DNA of 64,000 nt from an uncultured Desulfosarcina sp. (GTDB taxonomy: Bacteria > Desulfobacterota > Desulfobacteria > Desulfobacterales > Desulfosarcinaceae), in NCBI GenBank assembly GCA_963674945.2, contig CAXXWQ010000004.1:384001-448000 (forward strand), written 5' to 3'. The notes beneath the pieces were generated by a model, which saw only the letters and a list, made by a program, of their open reading frames with translations, was not told the DNA's origin and did not search any database. Positions 1 to 10,154 of this stretch are shown piece by piece. How positions within the stretch are numbered: position 1 is the first letter of the stretch; every line of letters begins with the position of its first letter. The position numbers and the translations under genes are program-made.

Positions 1-663
1 AGTATATCCTTGATGCTGACCGGTGATCTGAATGTCGCCGTCGTGCCTTGGATCGTCCAGTATAAGATCAAAGATCCATATAATTATCTCTTCAAAGTCA
101 AGGATGCCAACGGGTTGTTGCGCGACCTTTCGGAATCCAGCATGCGTCTCGTGGTGGGTGACCGCAGTATTAACGAGGTGATCACCAAACGGGACGAAAT
201 TGCCGTCGAGGCGCTACGGGTGCTGCAAGAGGAACTGGACAAAGCCGAAACCGGCATCAACGTCGTCACCGTGGAGATGAAAAAGACCAACGTGCCCACG
301 CCTGTTCAGCCCTCTTTCAACGAGGTCAACCAGGCCACCCAGGAAAAAGAGAAAATGATCTACCAGGCACGGGAAGACTACAACAAAGCCATTCCTGCTG
401 CTAGAGGAGAAGCGGAGAGGACCATCAAGGCGGCCGAAGGATATGCCCTGGATCGTATCAACCGTGCCAAGGGTGATGCGGCTCGGTTTAAAGATCTGTA
501 CGGTGAATATGTCAAAGCCAAGGATGTGACCAAACGGCGTCTCTATCTGGAATCCTTGAAGGAGCTGCTTCCCAAGATCAATCGCAAATTTATCGTGGAT
601 GCCGAGCAGAAGAACGTCCTGCCCCTCTTGAACCTTGGAAACAACAGTGGTGAGTCCAAATGA
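1..663 (+). CDS. hflK: FtsH modulator HflK (5'-truncated by window edge)
   Basis: Frame open from base 1. SPFH motifs MLTGDLNV..VQYKI, EAERTIKAAEGYA..RINRAKGDA, VTKRRLYLE. Stop overlaps hflC start. Confidence 0.93.
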   Translation, partial: SISLMLTGDLNVAVVPWIVQYKIKDPYNYLFKVKDANGLLRDLSESSMRLVVGDRSINEVITKRDEIAVEALRVLQEELDKAETGINVVTVEMKKTNVPTPVQPSFNEVNQATQEKEKMIYQAREDYNKAIPAARGEAERTIKAAEGYALDRINRAKGDAARFKDLYGEYVKAKDVTKRRLYLESLKELLPKINRKFIVDAEQKNVLPLLNLGNNSGESK

Positions 664-1625
664 AACCAAAAATATTACTGGCAATCGCCGGCGTACTCGT
701 ATTGATCCTGTTTATTTGTGCCTACACGGTGGATGAGACCGAGCAGGTCGTTGTTACCCGATTCGACAGGGTACAGCGGACCGTTACCTCTCCCGGCCTG
801 CACTTCAAACTCCCCATCATCGAAAAAGCCCTGGTCTATCCCAACAACCTTCAGGAGTGGGACGGCGATCCAGGCCAGATCCCGACGAGGGACAAGACCT
901 ACATCTGGGTCAACACCTTCGCACGCTGGAAGATCGTGGAACCGGTGGTGTTTTTCAAAACGGTGGGATACGTGAGTCGAGCCCAGCAACGGCTGGACGA
1001 GATCATCGACCCCACGGTTCGGAACTTCATCACTTCCAATCGACTGATTGAAGCCGTGCGGAATTCCAACCGGGAACTGGACACCTTCGAAGACTTCGGA
1101 GACAACACCGAAGATGATCCCAATATCGCCAAAGAGGATAAACCGGCAAGGTTCTCACAGGTATACGTGGGCCGGGACAAGATCGACACGGGAATATTAG
1201 AACAGGCAAAACCGAAGCTTGCCAAATTCGGCATCGAATTGGCGGATGTCAAGATCAAACGCGTCAATTACGTGGAAGAGGTCAGGAAATCCGTCTACGA
1301 TCGAATGATCGCGGAGAGGAAACAGATCGCACAAAAGTTCAGGTCCGAGGGAAAGGGAGAAGCACAAAAGATTTTGGGCGAAAAGGAAAGGGAACTAAAG
1401 CGAATTGAGTCGGAGGCCTATCGTACCGCCCAGGAGATCAAGGGAAAGGCAGATGCGGAGTCCACCCGTCTGTATGCAGAGGCCTTCGGTCTCGACCCGG
1501 ATTTCTACTCCTTTACCAAGACACTGGAAGTGTACAATAATGCCCTTAGTGAAAACAGTTCCATCATTTTGTCAACAGACTCGGAGATCTTCAAATACAT
1601 GAAGGGTTACGAGGGAAACCGTTAA
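660..1625 (+). CDS. hflC: FtsH modulator HflC
   Basis: N-terminal TM, YTVDETEQVVVTRF, PGLHFKLP, RMIAER..IAQKFRSEG, DPDFYSF. Directly after hflK. Confidence 0.93.
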   Translation: MKPKILLAIAGVLVLILFICAYTVDETEQVVVTRFDRVQRTVTSPGLHFKLPIIEKALVYPNNLQEWDGDPGQIPTRDKTYIWVNTFARWKIVEPVVFFKTVGYVSRAQQRLDEIIDPTVRNFITSNRLIEAVRNSNRELDTFEDFGDNTEDDPNIAKEDKPARFSQVYVGRDKIDTGILEQAKPKLAKFGIELADVKIKRVNYVEEVRKSVYDRMIAERKQIAQKFRSEGKGEAQKILGEKERELKRIESEAYRTAQEIKGKADAESTRLYAEAFGLDPDFYSFTKTLEVYNNALSENSSIILSTDSEIFKYMKGYEGNR

Positions 1626-1658
1626 CGTCACTCCGATGGAACCGGTGGGAAGATAACA

Positions 1659-1687
1659 AAGCACCGACAAGGCAAATGTCGGTGCTT
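1659..1687. terminator. Hairpin between convergent hflC and bS22-like gene (possibly bidirectional terminator)
   Basis: AAGCACCGACA-aggcaaa-TGTCGGTGCTT perfect 11-bp stem; T-rich tail on minus strand. Confidence 0.6.
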
Positions 1688-1712
1688 ATACATCAGGCAA
1701 AGATCAAAAACA

Positions 1713-1811
1713 TCACTTACCCTTTCTTCTCTGGTGTCGTGTGCGGGCCAGTAGCTTTCGATGCTTATGCTTTCGCATCTTTTTCCTTCTCTTTTTGATG
1801 ACACTACCCAA
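1713..1811 (-). CDS. Small basic AURKAIP1/COX24 (bS22/mS38-like) ribosome-associated protein, 32 aa
   Basis: TTG start at 1811 after SD-like GGGGGTGA gives MGSVIKKRRKKMRKHKHRKLLARTRHQRRKGK, the recognisable bS22 pattern. Confidence 0.85.
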   Translation of the reverse strand: MGSVIKKRRKKMRKHKHRKLLARTRHQRRKGK

Positions 1812-1928
1812 CAGATCACCCCCATTCAAAATAAAGTGGTTCAAGTAAGCCACTTCTTTTATACTATCTGCTTTGACTTGTCCATATTTTTTTGCTACCC
1901 CCATTGTCCCCATGGATAATGTAAGTCA

Positions 1929-2516
1929 TTGATCCCAAATGGGGGTGTATGGTACAGAAATTTTATGAAAATGAAGGTTTACCGCCCCAAATTCAACGAT
2001 GCGCAGATCACCCTCGTCAACCATAGCGTTGCCATGGCAGAGGAGCTTGTCAGCAACTATTATAAAATGTCCGCAAGCCAGTGGCTCCACCCCAAATACG
2101 ACATCAACACCTTGGCCGATCTGACCGAAACGGAAATCATAGACGGTCCATTCGCCCAGGTGATCCGCTACGAAGGAAAACTAAAAAACGGACTGTTGGG
2201 GTCGAGTTCGTATGACTTCTACAAGATCTGTATTCAAGATCATACCATACTGCAAACCCTGGAAAAACATCCGGATATTACCCTTTCCCCGTTTGCGCTG
2301 TATGTGGTTACCCATGAATTGGTACACATCGTTCGATTCAGCCGGTTTCAACAAAATTTCAATGCCAACGATGAAGAAAAATTCGAAGAGGAACATCGCG
2401 TTCACGGAATCACCCACGAGATTCTCGACTCCATGAAAACCCCTGGACTTGATCGTGTTCTCGATTACTATCGCAAATGGAAATCTCCCATAGAAGGACT
2501 CGCCTCTATCCCCTAA
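1929..2516 (+). CDS. Hypothetical protein with HExxH motif (possible zincin-like metalloprotein)
   Basis: 195-aa ORF containing YVVTHELVHIVRF and a downstream Glu-rich helix. True start may be the ATG near 1965. Confidence 0.65.
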   Translation: MIPNGGVWYRNFMKMKVYRPKFNDAQITLVNHSVAMAEELVSNYYKMSASQWLHPKYDINTLADLTETEIIDGPFAQVIRYEGKLKNGLLGSSSYDFYKICIQDHTILQTLEKHPDITLSPFALYVVTHELVHIVRFSRFQQNFNANDEEKFEEEHRVHGITHEILDSMKTPGLDRVLDYYRKWKSPIEGLASIP

Positions 2517-2533
2517 TTTTCAAGCCGATCTTC

Positions 2534-2561
2534 TTGACAAGCCCGAAAGACGACATATATT
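2534..2561 (+). promoter_or_regulatory. sigma70-type promoter for the FmdB-like gene
   Basis: TTGACA (2534-2539), 16-nt spacer, TATATT (2556-2561). Confidence 0.55.
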
Positions 2562-2631
2562 AGTCCATTCAATTCGAGTAACACCTCAATTTTATATAAT
2601 TTTTGCACTTAGTTAGAGGAGTTTTGCAACC

Positions 2632-2904
2632 ATGCCCATCTACGAATACCAGTGCACCGCATGCGGAGAGATCGAAGAGGCAATTCAAAAGTTTTCAGAC
2701 CCGCCGTTGACCTCCTGCAAGCGCTGCTCGGGCAAATTAACCAAAATGATTTCCCAAAGCAGCTTTCACCTGAAAGGGACAGGGTGGTATGTGACGGACT
2801 ACGCAGGCAAAACAAAAGACTCGGACCCGGAATCGAAACCGGCTTTAAGTGAAACCGAGACCAAAGAAAAGAGTGAATCCAAGGCGGCGAAAAGCGATGA
2901 GTAA
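2632..2904 (+). CDS. FmdB-family zinc ribbon protein
   Basis: MPIYEYQCTACG...CKRCSG...SSFHLKGTGWYVTDY signature; GAGGAG SD upstream. Confidence 0.9.
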   Translation: MPIYEYQCTACGEIEEAIQKFSDPPLTSCKRCSGKLTKMISQSSFHLKGTGWYVTDYAGKTKDSDPESKPALSETETKEKSESKAAKSDE

Positions 2905-3185
2905 CGATTGCAGCCAAGTCGGATACCGTGTTTTTCACCGATGAACACCCGTGGCAAGCTGTTGGAATATTGATGGAACAAAAATTATAGATATCCGCTC
3001 TTTACAAATCATAACACATGATTAAATTGATTGAATCTTTGTTTTTGTCTTCCTTTACAAAACAAATGGAATTGTCATACTTCGTCTGATTGAGGGTTCT
3101 TTCAAAGGCCCTTTTCGAGTAATGTGTGGAATTGTTGTTTTTTCGTTATGTTCGAAACAAGTGGAAAAAAAGGAGAGAAGGAAAA

Positions 3186-3473
3186 ATGAAACTCAGACCA
3201 TTACAGGATCGTATTTTGGTGCAACGCGTCGAAGAAGAAACCAAGACCAAAGGCGGTATTATCATCCCGGATACCGCAAAAGAAAAGCCGGCAGAGGGCG
3301 TGGTCAAGGCCGTTGGTAATGGCAAGGTAGGGGACGATGGCAAGCGTGTGGCACTGGAAATCAAGGTCGACGACCGGATTCTGTTCGGGAAGTACTCAGG
3401 GACAGAAGTGAAGATCGAGGGAGAAGAGTATCTGATCATGAGAGAAGACGACGTGCTCGGCGTCATTGAGTAA
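3186..3473 (+). CDS. groES: Co-chaperonin GroES
   Basis: [12 protein letters not shown]...[15 protein letters not shown]...GKYSGTEVK. Start moved to ATG 3186. Confidence 0.98.
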   Translation: MKLRPLQDRILVQRVEEETKTKGGIIIPDTAKEKPAEGVVKAVGNGKVGDDGKRVALEIKVDDRILFGKYSGTEVKIEGEEYLIMREDDVLGVIE

Positions 3474-3493
3474 TAATTTTCATCAACTGATAG

Positions 3494-5170
<1,677 letters not shown>

Positions 5171-5202
5171 CCCCATCCCCGCAACGCCTTACCATTAACA
5201 GG

Positions 5203-5241
5203 AAAAGCCCTTGCACCATTTTCGGTGCAAGGGCTTTTTTT
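5203..5241 (+). terminator. Rho-independent terminator of groESL
   Basis: AAAAGCCCTTGCACC-atttt-c-GGTGCAAGGGCTTTT followed by more Ts. Confidence 0.92.
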
Positions 5242-5307
5242 ATCGATGCAGCGCAACTTCCGGGGTCCGTGTTTTCGGGAACAGGCCGAATCTTACACGC
5301 AGAGGAC

Positions 5308-5334
5308 TTAATATTTCCTGCAAAATGCCGATAT
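5308..5334 (+). promoter_or_regulatory. Putative sigma28 (FliA-type) promoter for the LysM gene
   Basis: TTAA-N15-GCCGATAT versus consensus TAAA-N15-GCCGATAA. Confidence 0.5.
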
Positions 5335-5451
5335 GGGATATATTGAATGGTATCGTATCTGCGACCTTGACAACAGATCATCATTCAGGTTACTGGAATT
5401 ATAAAGAAAGTGGCGAACCAAACGAGGATAACAACAAAAATGAGGTATCCC

Positions 5452-6510
5452 ATGATGCAAAGGGCATTTTTTCTTTCTTGTCTATTTTTGATCACGCTCC
5501 TTTTGCCTTCCCTCTCCATCGCAGGTTCGGACCCGATCGAAGTGGTCGAAACCGAGACTGGATTCTATTACACCATCAAAAAGGGGGACACACTTTGGGA
5601 TTTGTCCCAGCACTTTAACAACTCTTCATGGCTATGGCCGGAACTGTGGAAAGAAAACGACCAAATCTCCAATCCCCATTGGATCTTCCCGGGCGAGCGG
5701 ATCCGACTCTATAAGAAATCGGGAGAACAGGTCATCTCAAAAGTTGAACAAAACATCCCCACACCCGTCGCTCCCGTCACCCCCATTGTGCCGCCCGACG
5801 AAGGGAAACGAGACGCCCCTTATTTTCTTTTCACTTCCATCGACAGTGTCGGTTTCATCCGAAAACCGCCGGTTCAGTCCTTGGGAACCGTTTTCGAAGT
5901 ACATGGGCAAAAAGTATTGATCAGCGAGGGAGACCAGATTTACATCCGCCCGTCGGATGATGCCGCCGCGGCCGCCCTCATTCCCGGAAGCCGGCACACT
6001 CTTTTTCGATATCGAAATCCAACGGATGACCGCAAATCGAGTGAGACCATCGGTACCCAGCACTATCTTCTAGGTGTCGTGGAAATCACCGCCAAGCAAC
6101 AAGACCTGGCCATCGCCAAGGTTCTGAAATCATTTCGTGCCATTGAAGTGGGCGATGCGGTGATGCCGTTTGCGCACCGACACGCCAAAATTGAGCTTCG
6201 GCCAAGCACACCCGGAATCGATGGCGCCATCATCAACTCCGAAGACCATACGGTCATCACCGGAGACAATATGCTTGCCTTTATCGACAAGGGCCGCGCG
6301 GACAATATCGAGGTGGGCCAGCTCTATTCCATCTACGGGAACAAAAAATTGGAATTAAAGGAGGAAGGCATTGATGAAAAAATGCTTCCTCCGGTGGATT
6401 TCGGCACCCTTTTTGTGCTTCACACGGAAGAGACGACGTCTACGGTCGTCATCACATATTCTGAAAATAGTATCGAATCCGGGGAGCGATTTCGGACACC
6501 GATCCAGTAA
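5452..6510 (+). CDS. Secreted LysM peptidoglycan-binding protein (TsaP-like architecture)
   Basis: Signal-peptide-like N-terminus; YTIKKGDTLWDLS..W.WPELWKENDQISNPHWIFPG LysM; Pro-rich linker; beta-rich C-terminal domains. Start between 5410 and 5452. Confidence 0.85.
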   Translation: MMQRAFFLSCLFLITLLLPSLSIAGSDPIEVVETETGFYYTIKKGDTLWDLSQHFNNSSWLWPELWKENDQISNPHWIFPGERIRLYKKSGEQVISKVEQNIPTPVAPVTPIVPPDEGKRDAPYFLFTSIDSVGFIRKPPVQSLGTVFEVHGQKVLISEGDQIYIRPSDDAAAAALIPGSRHTLFRYRNPTDDRKSSETIGTQHYLLGVVEITAKQQDLAIAKVLKSFRAIEVGDAVMPFAHRHAKIELRPSTPGIDGAIINSEDHTVITGDNMLAFIDKGRADNIEVGQLYSIYGNKKLELKEEGIDEKMLPPVDFGTLFVLHTEETTSTVVITYSENSIESGERFRTPIQ

Positions 6511-6517
6511 TAGATAA

Positions 6518-6568
6518 AGGCAGGCCGTTGCTTCGTTTTACATTCATCGGCCTGCCTCTTCCTTTTCT
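6518..6568. terminator. Hairpin between convergent LysM and GspE/PilB genes
   Basis: AGGCAGGCCG ... CGGCCTGCCT stem followed by CTTCCTTTT. Confidence 0.5.
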
Positions 6569-6577
6569 CAGGAAATA

Positions 6578-8392
6578 TCAACCAACCTCACCGCCTGCGG
6601 TCACCCGAAGCACTTCCTGGTAGGTCGTAATCCCCGCCAAAAGCTTTTCTACGGCACTCTCCCGCAATGATGCCATGCCTTCACTTCGCGCCATTTCGGC
6701 AAGCTGGGCCAGATCCGCTTCCGCGGTGGTCAACGTTTTGATGGCATCCGAATAGGGAAGCACCTCATGGATGGTGGTCCTTCCCAAATACCCTGTTCCC
6801 CTGCATTTCTGGCACCCTGTGCCATGATACAGGCAAAGGGTGCCGGTCTTGCCGGTGGCAAGGCCCATCGCTTGAAGATCGGCCGCTTCGATGGTGATGG
6901 ATTCCTTGCACGAATTGCATATTTTTCGAACCAACCGCTGGGATAAAATGCCGCGAAGGGTTGCCTGGAGAAGGAACGCGGGCACCCCCAGATCCATCAT
7001 TCGGATGATGGAGGAGGGTGCATCATTCGTATGTAAGGTGGAGAGCACCAGATGGCCTGTCAGCGCGGCTTGGATGGCATTCTCCGCCGTTTCCAAATCC
7101 CGCAACTCTCCCACCATGATGATATCCGGGTCTTGCCTTAAAATATTTCGCATGATGGATCCGAAGGTAATCCCAACCTGGGGACGAACGGCAATCTGAT
7201 TGAAGTCTTCGTGAACCATCTCGATGGGATCTTCGATGGTCGTCACATTGACACGGGTCGTGCTGATCTTCCTGAGGGTGGAATACAATGTCGTGGATTT
7301 CCCACTACCCGTCGGGCCGCACACCAGGACAAGGCCGTGGGGGTGGGATATGATCTGGTTGTACTTTTCCATGTCCACCGACGAGAACCCCAAGGTTTCG
7401 AGATCCTGGAATAAAATATCCGGATCCATGACCCGCATCACGACCTTTTCACCAAACGCCACGGGTATCGTGGAGACACGAATCTCGACCTCCACATCCC
7501 GTTTTCCGGTTTTGATCCGGCCATCCTGGGGGCGACGCTTTTCCGCCATGTCCATTCCCGAGAGGTTCTTGATTCGACTTACGATGGCCGAATGAACATT
7601 TTTCGGTAATTTGTGGACGGTATGCAAAACTCCGTCGATACGCATTCGAACCATGCTCATTTCTCTCTTGGGTTCGATGTGGATATCGCTGGCCTTTTGA
7701 TCAAATGCATAGATGAAGAGATGATTGACGGCATTGACCACATGCTGATCATTGGACGGGAGCTCATCCGCGGAGTGTAGATGGATAAAGCGCTCGAGGT
7801 TTCCCAGGTCCACACTGGGTCCGGAAAACTGGTGTTCGGCCGCGGCGATGGAACGCTTGAAACCGAAGAATTCGCCAATCAGCTTGATGATGTCCGACCG
7901 AGGACTGACCACTGCGTCCACCTGCATCTGGCAGGCCCGGGTGATGTCCTCGAAAATTTCCAGATTGTAAGGATTGGGCGTGGCAACGACAATCCGTCCC
8001 TGCCTGATTTCGATGGGCAGGACCAGATGCTTTTTCGCAAAAGAGATGGGAACGGTAGTGGTAACGACGTTCAGATCCAGCTTCAAGGGATCGATTTTGA
8101 CGAAAGGAACGTTCCAATCTGCGGCAAGTACCTGGTAAATCGTATCCTCATCGAGGGTTTTGGATGGGTCATCTTTTCTTTTTACGCTCAACGATACTAT
8201 TGTCTCGATAAAAAGAAACAACTCGTCTCTTTTTTCGACATGGATCCCCTCTTCCCGCTCCCCTCCCTGTCGTTCGACACGTTTGATCAACTCCGATCGG
8301 TTGGCATATAGATCCCTCGCCTGCTGAAAAGTGATCAAGCCTTCTCGGTCGAGCACCGAAAGAAGGTGTTTTACCGACAATACATCCGTCAC
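6578..8392 (-). CDS. GspE/PulE/PilB-family secretion/pilus assembly ATPase
   Basis: ASDIHIEP, EKRRPQDGR, Walker A GPTGSGKST, LRQDPDIIMVGELRD, His box GHLVLSTLHTN, CxxC...CxxC zinc motif. Confidence 0.93.
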   Translation of the reverse strand: MTDVLSVKHLLSVLDREGLITFQQARDLYANRSELIKRVERQGGEREEGIHVEKRDELFLFIETIVSLSVKRKDDPSKTLDEDTIYQVLAADWNVPFVKIDPLKLDLNVVTTTVPISFAKKHLVLPIEIRQGRIVVATPNPYNLEIFEDITRACQMQVDAVVSPRSDIIKLIGEFFGFKRSIAAAEHQFSGPSVDLGNLERFIHLHSADELPSNDQHVVNAVNHLFIYAFDQKASDIHIEPKREMSMVRMRIDGVLHTVHKLPKNVHSAIVSRIKNLSGMDMAEKRRPQDGRIKTGKRDVEVEIRVSTIPVAFGEKVVMRVMDPDILFQDLETLGFSSVDMEKYNQIISHPHGLVLVCGPTGSGKSTTLYSTLRKISTTRVNVTTIEDPIEMVHEDFNQIAVRPQVGITFGSIMRNILRQDPDIIMVGELRDLETAENAIQAALTGHLVLSTLHTNDAPSSIIRMMDLGVPAFLLQATLRGILSQRLVRKICNSCKESITIEAADLQAMGLATGKTGTLCLYHGTGCQKCRGTGYLGRTTIHEVLPYSDAIKTLTTAEADLAQLAEMARSEGMASLRESAVEKLLAGITTYQEVLRVTAGGEVG

Positions 8393-8410
8393 GCTACAAT
8401 CCCTTTTTGT

Positions 8411-9829
8411 CTAGGTAACTTCTGATTCGGTGCTTTGAAGGTTCCGTATGATATTTTCGATCCACTCCATTGTTCGCGCCACGGAACGGCGGTTGTCCAC
8501 TGAGCCGTTGAATCGGGACAACGGAAGGCCACTCTCACCGATCTTTTGTAGCCTTCTTACATCATCGGGCGTTCCTACCCGGCCGATACCTCTAACGATG
8601 ATTTTCAGGTGCTGCAAAAAAACGGGGATATAGCTTTCCGATCTTATGTGACGGTAGATTCCGGATTGGACGTCACCGTATTCGGCCAGCGCGGAAATTA
8701 AAATCGTATGTGCGGTTTTGCCGGACATTAGGGCGAGAAAAATGAAAATTTCACGCTCCAGGTACAAAAGATGACGAATGGAGGGAAGGGGGTTTCCCGG
8801 AGCGGGGTCATTGAGCAGGGCGATTAACCTGCGGTGAATCGCATGAATCTTTGTAACGAACCGATATTCAACGGAATCGATTCGAAATCGGGCGTAATGA
8901 ACCATATCCTTGTCCAGGCCTTTTCGAACATTTAAGACCTCTTCCGGCGTCATTTCGATATCTACATCGAGTTCCTTGTTATAGGTTCGGAGTAAAATAT
9001 TGGCCAGCATGATGGCGTTTCGATCCGAGACCTCAACCTCTTCGGGATGGCGGGAAAAGTCTGTCAGTAGGAAACGCAGGGCATGTTTGGGCCGATTGAT
9101 ACGGCTGATCAGGTGCTGCATGGCGTTTAGGAAGGGAACGCGATTGGCACGCCCCCTCGCGGCCTTGAAATAGCACCACATCAATTGGAATGCATGGTTT
9201 CCATGTTTGCTCAGCTCATCCAGCATGGGGTCGAATTGGTGACGAATGAAATTTCCCCTGTTGTCTAAAAATTTTTCGATGAGCAGGGTGACCTTTCCCG
9301 TATCGTAGATGGGGATTTTAAAGGAATGGGATACCGCCTGCAGATTATCGTCGTTTCGACGTTCGATCAGTTTTTCGATGGCCACCAATTGTTGTTCCGT
9401 TTCTCGACTCTCCTTGACCAACGTCAGAATCGTAACGAATTCGCTGTACAAGGATCCGATGATGGTGGACTTGCCATTCACATCCACCTGTACGGCATCC
9501 CTTCCCACAGTAAGTGCATCCAACGCATTGGTGTCCACCTTGTTGATTCCGATTCGCAACAAATTCGCCAGATGGGATTGTATTTCCTGGTAGCCGTTTT
9601 TCTTCTTCAAGGCATCGAGGACAAGACTGTAGGTACGAAGCTGTTTTAAGAGGGTATCGGGACCCATCTCTTCGAAATCATGTAAAATCGAAACGACCGC
9701 ATCGTCATGCAGCTGGGGATTTGCCTTCAATGAATCGTGAACGATCTGTAATGCCTGCTCCCGTAGGTGGTTCACATTGGCGCTGTGGGCTTGGTCGATG
9801 TCGGCAGACAAGAATCGACTTGCGTTCAT
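8411..9829 (-). CDS. Hypothetical helical protein, likely co-transcribed with the GspE/PilB gene
   Basis: 472-aa ORF ending 18 bp before the ATPase start; no motif recognised. Confidence 0.75.
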   Translation of the reverse strand: MNASRFLSADIDQAHSANVNHLREQALQIVHDSLKANPQLHDDAVVSILHDFEEMGPDTLLKQLRTYSLVLDALKKKNGYQEIQSHLANLLRIGINKVDTNALDALTVGRDAVQVDVNGKSTIIGSLYSEFVTILTLVKESRETEQQLVAIEKLIERRNDDNLQAVSHSFKIPIYDTGKVTLLIEKFLDNRGNFIRHQFDPMLDELSKHGNHAFQLMWCYFKAARGRANRVPFLNAMQHLISRINRPKHALRFLLTDFSRHPEEVEVSDRNAIMLANILLRTYNKELDVDIEMTPEEVLNVRKGLDKDMVHYARFRIDSVEYRFVTKIHAIHRRLIALLNDPAPGNPLPSIRHLLYLEREIFIFLALMSGKTAHTILISALAEYGDVQSGIYRHIRSESYIPVFLQHLKIIVRGIGRVGTPDDVRRLQKIGESGLPLSRFNGSVDNRRSVARTMEWIENIIRNLQSTESEVT

Positions 9830-9984
9830 TCATGGTCTCCATTTCGGATTACGCCGTTATGTCGTATGCAGGCACGCGAGGATCGACCAAGATCATCGCG
9901 TGCCATACGGGATCCTCATAAGGTTTCGTTTTAGAAAGCCGGTTGACCACAACAAACGGATCAAACGGTCGCCTTCCACTAAGC

Positions 9985-10011
9985 TTATCGGTAATTCTTA
10001 CAGATTCTTTA
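9985..10011 (-). promoter_or_regulatory. Putative sigma28 (FliA-type) promoter for the hypothetical-GspE/PilB unit
   Basis: Minus strand reads TAAAG-N14-ACCGATAA (consensus TAAAG-N14-GCCGATAA). Confidence 0.62.
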
Positions 10012-10154
10012 CGACGGAGCGCGAAAACTGGATGGCAATGGGAATATGGCCTTCTTTCCCCTTACACCGTCAAAAGAACAAGGGGTTCGCCCTGCCGGAG
10101 AGAAAAAAATCCCAACGTTTTTTCTTTGAGGGGAAGATCATGGCCGATATCGTG

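Noticed and set aside
2602..2627. Possible CIRCE (HrcA) element upstream of FmdB-groESL: TTTGCACTT-N8-GAGTTTTGC
   Set aside because: Wrong spacing and a poor right arm versus TTAGCACTC-N9-GAGTGCTAA, and it overlaps the SD. No canonical CIRCE seen before groES either.
9830..10150. Possible c-di-GMP riboswitch ahead of the hypothetical-GspE unit
   Set aside because: I could not find the conserved GEMM elements on either strand; only a simple hairpin is present.
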